Assembly: GCA_032718475.1 (NCBI GenBank)
Contig: JAUCBJ010006877.1
Location: 1-38,803 of the forward strand
Reading direction: 5' to 3'
Origin: Nemertoderma westbladi
Lineage: Eukaryota > Animalia > Xenacoelomorpha
Length of the DNA stretch: 38,803 bases
Shown here: piece by piece, positions 30,900 to 38,803 of the stretch
Numbering within the stretch: position 1 is the first letter of the stretch
How the letters are laid out: each line of letters starts with the position of its first letter
Program-made: the position numbers and the translations under genes
Notes under the pieces: model-generated
The model's input: only the letters and a program-made list of their open reading frames with translations
The model's database searches: none
What the model was told of the DNA's origin: nothing

Positions 30900-32021
30900 T
30901 ACGAATACCACCTCAAGCACCCTGCTACGCAGTCGAACGATAAATTCTCCAGTGTGATGTTCGACGGCCTATTCAGAGTGGGAGGTAGACTCACAAACGC
31001 TCCCCTTTCCCGCGACACGATATTTCCCATTATTATCTACGATCCCGCCATACAATGAAAGATAATACTGGATGTACACAATCAGTTGTTGCACGCTGGG
31101 AGGGAACACATACTTAGTGAAGTACGCACTAGGTATTACTTTGTAAAACCCAGGAAAGCCTTAAATAAAGTTCTGCGCAGCTGTTTACCCTGTAAGAATC
31201 TGTATTGCCAACCCATGACTCAGTTAGAAGCACCCTTACCTAAGGAACTCGTTAGCTGCTACGAGCCTCCCTTTACACATACGGGTGTAGACTTATTTGG
31301 GCCGATAGAGGTCAAGAGGGCTCGAACCATGGTTAAAAGATGGTGCGTTATCTTCATCTGCATGACATGCCGCGCAGTACATCTGGACATGGTTAACGAC
31401 ATCCCCATGAATAGCTTTATCCTGTGCTTACATAGACAAATCAGTAGATACGGCACCAGCAATACAATGAAGTCAGATAAAGGGACTAACTTTATAGGGG
31501 CAAACAACGAGATAGCACGCTCTATAGACAAAGCGCCAGAGGCACTCACATGAGCCCACTTTCTGATGAAAAAGAAAGTAGTGTTGTTACCAGTCTCGAC
31601 ACCCGAGTACGGTGACGAGCTATTGCGACAAACCTGGAAGATGACTCAACTGATTCCAAGCCGATTCGCAAACTACTTTGAGCGATTTTATCTTCCCAGC
31701 ATACAACTCAGGAACAAATGGTTTTCCGTGAAAGAAAACGCCAGGGTAGGAGACATGGTATTAGTAGTGGATCCTGATCTCCCGCAGAAATATTGGCAGA
31801 CAGCGTGCATAATAGAAACACACGTCAGCGTGGATAGCCTGGTAAGATCAGTGGATCTAGTAGTTCTGAGGGAAAAGGGCAAGCTAAACTTCGTTCCCCA
31901 GAGACTCAACAGTCCTATAGGCCGCCTCTGCCTGCTTGAAATGGCACGCAAAGAATCTGGCAACTACGGCAAGCAAGAAGTCAAGCCAACAGATTTGAGA
32001 TATTTTTATTGGATTAGTTAA
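30900..32021 (+). mobile_element. BEL/Pao pol 3' remnant (integrase Zn finger, partial DDE core, C-terminal domain)
   Basis: RVGGRL, H...HAG...C..C, PPFTHTGVDLFGP, RAVHLD, SDKGTNF.GA, PEALT*AHFL, YLP.IQ.R.KW, GDMVLV, D.LVRSV and RLCLLE. It has premature stops, and the segment holding the catalytic E is deleted. A possible 3' LTR starts at TGTTG (32078). Confidence 0.9.
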
Positions 32022-32186
32022 CTCCCTTGGAACATTTGAGTGCGCTGCATATCACACTCAAGCGTAGGAACGGGTTATGTTGCGTCGTTAACAACTGACC
32101 CATATGTTTTTAAAAATATGACATATATTCAGCTTGACAGGCTAACATAATTTATCCTTACATCGCCTCCGTCCCAAATAACAATA

Positions 32187-32720
32187 TGACTATGGGATGT
32201 TTCATGATAAATCGTTTTATACATAGTGCATGAAACTTGAGCTTAGTTCTAGAACAATTACGAATAAAATGACATAAACAATAGGACTGTGGGATGTTTC
32301 ATGATAAACTGTTTTATACACAGTGCATGAAACTTGATCTCAGTTCTAGAACATTCTAGAATATTATTAAGAAAAGTGGGAGGTTTCATGATAAGTCGTT
32401 ATACATACGACGCATGAAACCTGACCCAACTCTTGACAACATGTTGCGATAAGTCATTATTAAACATGACGTGCAGCCAACCAAAACCCTTAATAATCGT
32501 ATGATGATGGTGATAATACAATTGAATGCGGTATCCATATCCTTTATTTCGTTTAAACCAAACTCTGGGTAAATTCTGGAGACAGCCCGCCACTTCTTGT
32601 ATAACCCGAGTACATAAGGGAGTAACAAATAAAATTATAATAAACTACACTAGTGACTATGATAAGTCATTATTAAACATGATGCATGACAATAACAAAT
32701 CTTGGTCTTGCGGTAATATG
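32187..32720. repeat. Degenerate repeats of about 95 bp, each with an internal GTTTCATG...CATGAAAC inverted pair
   Basis: Three clear copies (about 32188, 32286, 32377) plus two partial GATAAGTCATTATTAAACATGA copies (32448, 32661). Confidence 0.8.
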
Positions 32721-34419
32721 ACGGCCCAATAACACTTGAATGCAGAGTCTTAATTACTACTCCCGCTTTTTGTCAATTGCCAGAGCACAGTAAAATATGT
32801 CAATTATTAGTTGGCTTGAAACTTCAAGAACCAACATAGCTTGATATTGATTAATACAATATCATATTCATAAATCCATCCAAGTCACTGTAATAATAAG
32901 CATTATGGGAATGGTCGCGGTCCACTTACTGGCTCTCTCCCAAGGGATGATGTAAAAGCTTTTGTGGGATAACTGATACGTTTGCCTTTGCTGGCCAGTT
33001 CCCCCCCAGTCGCTAGAATACTCTCAAAGGGATTTATAACTAAAATAGTGCAAGCTACCAGCTTATTGGCTGATGTGCTGTACGGAGATATCTGGGCTCA
33101 GTTTAATCGGCCAACTAGCTTAGAGAGGTTGCCTTAGCCTTGCTGTTCGTGTCGGCCAATAGAATTTGCGTAGGCGTTGATTTCGACCTATCCCAGCGCT
33201 ACTGAACTGAATTTCCTATCTCTATGCTCATCCTCTGTGTTGAACGGGGCTTCGTGGAATAAGAGTTTTTGGTATACTCGTATAGTGGTAGTAGTCATAT
33301 GATTTTATATGATTCTGTTGTTGTGTTCCCATATTTCGCCATAACACCGGCTTTTTGGGAAGAACTCTAGTAAAACTGCTTAAATTATCGAAAGTATAAA
33401 CTGTTACCCTAACTCACGAATCCCACCGAATCTTAACTCACTATTAATCATATTGTTTGTACTGTTATTTACCGTCAGTTATTAATTGTACCTATTTGTT
33501 GATGGAAATATTGCTCTTTGGATAATACGGATAAATCACCCAAATTTCCCAATTTTCTTGATACACTACAGGTTAGAGAGACCGGCTATACATAACAATT
33601 GCGATTTATATTAATGTGGTGTGTATTAAATCTAATGTTATTTAGCAGACCCTACATGAGTCAATTACTGCTCTCTTTATGTGTGATCAAATATACTGAC
33701 GGTCGGCAGAATAGTGTGCATGATTGTGATTGGTAACAAAGTATTTCCTAAAGAATACGCTTTATACTTTAATCATAAGCAGTATCGTTGCGTTTAGTAT
33801 AAGTCCTAGTTCTGTTTAAATAGATAGAGCGCCACGTCCTAAAGGAACTGTTAATATTTCCCGAAAGCCAATAATATCTGTCAGGAATTAATTATTAACG
33901 ATCTATCGAATAATACAGTAAGTTTACGCTGCAACCTTACACTGCAATAATAAAATTTAAGCATCCGAATTCAGCCTCCCGGGTGTAGATCCATCGGGTG
34001 AATGATCGCGCATGGGCTGACTTCGGCTAATGTTTTGTGTATTAGCATAAAATATTGTAGTATGCTAAATGTGTTTTAATTAACTAAAAGACATATAAAT
34101 TTTGGCAGGTTAAACTGCTAAAGGTCTTCAAAAGCGCGAACAGTAACAGTTTATGATCTTATTGCAGTAGGCAATAAGGTTGCAAAATACCGTAGTAACC
34201 GGTATTTCTGTAGGTCTGTAGGCCCAACTGTCCTAACCGGTACTGCTGTACAAATACATTTAGTATTATTCGATTTTGATTATTGTATACCGGTAGGTCT
34301 CGATATTAAATCGGGGACGCCTGGTTTTTATTGGGATTTTACTTAGGTCTATTTCTGTCAGTTTTATTTACTAGTAGGCTAATATTGAGCAGAAGGCGTG
34401 TGACCCTGCTCAGATTGTC

Positions 34420-34998
34420 CAGATAATTGTAGGCTGAGCTGCTGTCTGACTGTTGTTGAGTTTGGAGAGATTACGGCGTGTGTAGAGTTTGTCTGATCAA
34501 GTGCCGTTAGTAAGTTGGGGCAGCCATATGCGGTAAGGTCAATCCCCTCTTAAAGAATAAGTCGTACTACCGTGTTAGAACGCATACTAACTAACAGTTT
34601 CAGAATCTGCATATACTGTAGTTTATCTAGGCTTGATCGTAGTCTGCCAGTGTTTTGGCCTGTGTTTGTTTGTGTGGTCTGTTCAGGTACCGTAATAGTT
34701 ATTACTCAGATATTTTGTAGGCTGGATTGTTGTCTAACTATTCTTAGGCCTGAAGGGATTGCTGCGTGTGTAGAGTTGGTCTGATAAAGTGCCGTTAGTA
34801 AGTTGGGGCAGCCATATGCGGTAAGGTCAATCCCCTCTTAAAGAATAAGTCGTCCTACCGTGTTAGAACGCATACTAACTAACAGTTTCAGAATCTGCAC
34901 ATACTGTAGTTTGTTTAGGCTTGATAGTAGTTTGCCAGCGTTTGGTTTGTATTTTGTTTGAGTATTCTGTACGGGTAGCGTAATATTTATTATTCAGA
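34420..34998. repeat. Tandem duplication with 288-bp period in the presumed BEL/Pao leader
   Basis: GTGCCGTTAGTAAGTTGGGGCAGCCATATGCGG... occurs at 34501 and 34789. The core is nearly identical and the edges are diverged. Confidence 0.9.
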
Positions 34999-36198
34999 GT
35001 TTATGCGATTATTCGCAACATTCATGTCCCCAAGTTTATTCCTACAGTAATTGTGCTTGTTATACATACCGTTATAGTTAAACTAACCCCGGTACTACAT
35101 CAGGGCTGCTCGGCGTAGGTAAAGACTGGAGATTTTGTGCTTCGGTCACTCCAGCAGATGCCGTGGTTCTTTTAACTGTTCAAGTTTATTTAACTACTGA
35201 TTATTTGTTATACCGGTACTTGTACCTAATTTAGGGTTTAGTGTACAGTGCTTTCCGAAGTAATTAGTGTGTAGGCAGTATAATTGTGTTGTAAAGTGGT
35301 TGATAGGCACATTCGTTAGCTCTATTAACTTCTAGGTAGGAACAATCCGTGATACATAATGTAGTACCTATAGCGATACGGTTATAGGTCGTCAGGCGGT
35401 GGTATTTTCCTATCTGGACAACGCAGTATATTTACTACTACTTATTATTTAAATACCGTAGTACCCTGTCCGTTGTAATAACCAGAAATCTAACCCTTTG
35501 TTAGGCTGGTTTGTAGACTTCCTGTAAAATTACCCTAAAAATCTCGTACGTAATATTTTCGTTGTGTTTTAATTAGAGAATTAATCTCACCCATATCGTA
35601 AGTAATTTGTAGTATTAAGTAACTTAGTTAAATTAGAATTATCAGTTTTAGTGTCTCAATAAGTAACACTTCACTGAGAGCGCACAGCTTTTGTGTAGTG
35701 ATTCCCCCAGAAATAATAACATTTATTTCAAATATTGACAAAAACCCTTTAAACGGGTATATATCTATTATAAATCAACTCAAACGATTTATAAATAGTA
35801 GGCCTGCCAGACAATAACTAGGTCTCACTATCAGTTGGACTACTGCTTAAATAACGGTAATAAAGTAAGTTAAAGTAACCAAGTAACCCTAAAATATTCA
35901 GAAATTCAATTATTCTAAAAAAAAAATAATTGACATACCGGTACTTACCATAGGCTTATTATATATATTTATATATATTTGTGCTAAAATTATATACCGG
36001 TACTCTGTGACAAATCTAGTCTGTAATAATACTTATATATATACTATAAGCATACCGGTATTCTAATATATTATATATATATCACGCTACACTGAGTAGC
36101 AGTATCGGTAATTAATTGTTAGGCTAACGGTGATACTGAATTACTAGACTTACTTTGACTGTATTTATAGCCGTAGGCATTCAACTGTGTAAACAAAC

Positions 36199-38802
36199 AT
36201 GTCAGACGCAACCCAATCACTGTCAGATAGTGTCTTAGAAAGTGTTAGAATGAGTATTAGACTTAGACAGCGTATTAAAAGGATCTGTGACCAAGATCAA
36301 AGTATAGAACATCCCAGATCCAAGTCTAAGTCACCTACTATTGAAAGAAAGGCCACCCCTACAGTAGTAGTGTCAGACCCTAGGCTAGTAGAACAGCGTA
36401 GGTCTATCATCGGCACTTGCGCCCAAGTCAAGCGGGATCAAGAAGCAGCTGTCAAACCGCAGCAACATCCTAGCCAAGAACCTAGTTCTCAGCGTCCCGA
36501 TAGCTCCAGTAGTTCGGATACTGCTGAGCGGACACCCGAACGCGGAGCGAAGATGGCGGATACGGTTTATGATGAGCGGCCAACCTATGAAGAATCAGCC
36601 GACGCCACTTCTTCTCAAGTGGAAAGCGAAGTGGAAAGCGAATTAACGGCCGCAGAGAAGCTGCGAACTAGAGACGCCATTGACATATATCTGTCAGACT
36701 ATCAGCGATTCATAGGAGACGAAGAGTTGAGGAGACGACTGTCTGGACTTCGCCCTAATAGTGAAGGAACCAAGCTTGTGTTGGACGCAATCGATGCGGA
36801 AATGTTAGCTGCAGAACAAGCTAAATGTGATGAAAAACTCCGCCTCGTTAGAGTCCAAGAAGAACAAATAAAGAAAAAACAGATAGAGAACCGAAAGGCA
36901 GCAGCAGTAAAGGCGGCAGAAGCAGAAGCAGCAAAGGCGGCGGCAGAAGTAGAAGCAGAAAGAAAGGCAGCGGATGTAGAAGCAAAAGGAAAGGCAGCGG
37001 TAGCAGAAGCAGAACGGAGAGCGTCTGAGGAGACTGCCCAACTGGAGTTGGAAAATCTGCAAGAGACGCAAGACTACGTAAATAAACATCTAACTGCTAG
37101 TCGAATGCAGAGGATGAGACGATCTACTCCAAAACGCCAAGGATACACATCATCGGAGGAAAGCGAAACCACCGATCCTGAAAGCGGAGGAAATAGATCT
37201 CGTCTAAGCAGGCGTAGAAAAACATCTCACCGTCATAAACTGCCTGATTTGCCCCCAGCTGTCAGAAGACAACTAGCTAGCACAGACTTAGGTAGTACAG
37301 AACCTACAGCCCAAAGTATTAAGGTTCAAAGACTCCCTACAATAGTTGATGAGCCTGAGATAATTAGGCCTGTCGTTCCCAAAATCACTTCTGTGTTAGA
37401 GACCCCTGTACTTCCAGAGCTTAACTCTAAATTCCCTTTACATAGTACTACACTGCCTGTACCCGGTGGAGCAGTCCAAGAGAATATCCCTGTCCAGATA
37501 GCAGAGAGAGAAATCAAAAATTTGTCTCCCGTCGTCCCGCGTCAGCCCGCTACTATGTTGGCGACTCCCGCTTCGGCGGTTGAGTGGGTGGAAGAGGGAC
37601 GGCGGGGGATGAATCTCCTGCTAGGACAGATGCAGGAGACTGTCCACCAACTTAAGGGAACAGTGAGGGAAGGTAGAGCAGAGTTGCAAGAAGTGCAGCA
37701 AAGTATCGCGCTAGAACGCGACAAATTAGTCAATATACAAAAGGGCATACCAATACCCCCTGTAACATTGTGTCAACCTGTTAGGTCTGAAGTATTACAT
37801 GCGCAAGGTGTGGAGCCTACACGCATCTATACTGCTAGTGAAGTTGAAACTCCTATAGCAAACCCTATTAAGGGTGATTATAGACCTGTTATTAATGATA
37901 TTCCCTATAGACCTGATAATGATCCGAGAAATTTATATACCGATAATTCGATATTAAATAACACGATGGCCCAAGAAAGCTTCACGCGTCAGATGGCTAG
38001 AACAGAAGCCCGCCAAGCGGTCAAAGTGGGAGAGATCGTCAAATTCAATGGAGATGAGATGAAATGGTTACCTTTCAACGAATATTACAAAGATAGCATA
38101 CAGAACTCTGTACTATCTAATGGAGAGAAACTTAGATTCCTCATCAAGTGCTTGGAAGGACCTCCCAAGTTAATGGCGTTAAAGTTTATTGGACATCCAG
38201 ATGGATTAAGACAAGTTTGGGATACACTAAACATCAGGTATGGTAACAAGGATAACATAGCTAAGTATTTGTATGCAAAATTAGTAGCCCCCCGACACTT
38301 CCTTAGTAGCGGAATTATAGAGTTTTCCGATGAAATTCAAGAGATCTGTAGACAACTGGACTGGTTAGGTAAGTCGCATGAATATCAGAGTTCCATGGTT
38401 ATTGGAGCCGTAGTCTCTACTTTACCAAAGGGTGGAGTATGTACACGCTGGGACAAGAAAGTGTTGTACATGAATGAACAACAACGACGAAGTCCTACCA
38501 TGGCTGATCTCATGTCTTTCTTAGATAGTGAAGTAAAATTACAACTCATAAGGCAGTCCAGAGAGAAAACATCGGAAAATAAGGTAAGTGAGAAACCCGT
38601 TTCTAGGAGAAGGATAATACCAGTGTGTTATACTGACGACGGCGAAAGCCAAGCTTCTCAAGAAGAGGACAGCGGGAAAGACACAGCAAAATCTTACTAT
38701 GACAACAAGACCTATAAAGACGTAAGTAAATACAAGTCTCGAACCAGTGACAGGAGAGAACAGGTAACAACAACTCCTCCTACGTCTCCTAAGAGAATTC
38801 AC
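36199..38802 (+). CDS. BEL/Pao LTR retrotransposon gag(-pol) ORF, partial (at least 868 aa, runs off the window)
   Basis: ATG at 36199 and no stop to the window end (read codon by codon). From 38041 the BEL gag core reads KFNGDEMKWLPF...LSNGEKLRFL...LEG...WDTL..RYG...LP......W...PTMADLMSFL. Absent from the ORF track. Confidence 0.88.
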   Translation, partial: MSDATQSLSDSVLESVRMSIRLRQRIKRICDQDQSIEHPRSKSKSPTIERKATPTVVVSDPRLVEQRRSIIGTCAQVKRDQEAAVKPQQHPSQEPSSQRPDSSSSSDTAERTPERGAKMADTVYDERPTYEESADATSSQVESEVESELTAAEKLRTRDAIDIYLSDYQRFIGDEELRRRLSGLRPNSEGTKLVLDAIDAEMLAAEQAKCDEKLRLVRVQEEQIKKKQIENRKAAAVKAAEAEAAKAAAEVEAERKAADVEAKGKAAVAEAERRASEETAQLELENLQETQDYVNKHLTASRMQRMRRSTPKRQGYTSSEESETTDPESGGNRSRLSRRRKTSHRHKLPDLPPAVRRQLASTDLGSTEPTAQSIKVQRLPTIVDEPEIIRPVVPKITSVLETPVLPELNSKFPLHSTTLPVPGGAVQENIPVQIAEREIKNLSPVVPRQPATMLATPASAVEWVEEGRRGMNLLLGQMQETVHQLKGTVREGRAELQEVQQSIALERDKLVNIQKGIPIPPVTLCQPVRSEVLHAQGVEPTRIYTASEVETPIANPIKGDYRPVINDIPYRPDNDPRNLYTDNSILNNTMAQESFTRQMARTEARQAVKVGEIVKFNGDEMKWLPFNEYYKDSIQNSVLSNGEKLRFLIKCLEGPPKLMALKFIGHPDGLRQVWDTLNIRYGNKDNIAKYLYAKLVAPRHFLSSGIIEFSDEIQEICRQLDWLGKSHEYQSSMVIGAVVSTLPKGGVCTRWDKKVLYMNEQQRRSPTMADLMSFLDSEVKLQLIRQSREKTSENKVSEKPVSRRRIIPVCYTDDGESQASQEEDSGKDTAKSYYDNKTYKDVSKYKSRTSDRREQVTTTPPTSPKRIH

Positions 38803-38803
38803 G

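Noticed and set aside
38633-38660. CTGACGA-CGGC-GAAA inside gag, and a similar string near 24955
   Set aside because: No stem I can form and stem II is absent or too short, so these are chance matches.
36805-38802. Minus-strand ORFs, including the Cys/Phe-rich 94-aa one
   Set aside because: They are shadows of the plus-strand gag frame.

Overview
AT-rich eukaryotic, most likely invertebrate animal, genomic DNA: GT-AG introns and animal-type transposons, with no prokaryotic features. Bases 1-5555 are a tandem array of a 63-bp unit (about 88 copies) with two palindromic sub-variants and higher-order duplications. Next is a complete 9-exon SLC1/EAAT excitatory amino-acid transporter gene (+, 5942-18631). 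All splice phases are consistent and give 530 aa. Its introns hold a LINE with an intact EN-RT ORF, RTE fragments, MITEs and a Tc1/mariner remnant. Downstream is a transposon graveyard: a TTAA/piggyBac-like element, a Rex1/Babar-like LINE, an RTE, a foldback element, a HINE-like element and a Copia gag-protease remnant. After these come a frameshifted fibrinogen-domain pseudogene, a BEL/Pao integrase remnant, and an open BEL/Pao gag ORF of at least 868 codons that runs off the window and is missing from the ORF track. The most unusual item is a 258-bp element at 28222-28479. It is bounded by perfect 21-bp inverted repeats, and a minimal type-I hammerhead ribozyme sits between the A and B boxes of a tRNA-like unit, where the anticodon arm would be. 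Clade assignments come from remembered motifs, not database searches.
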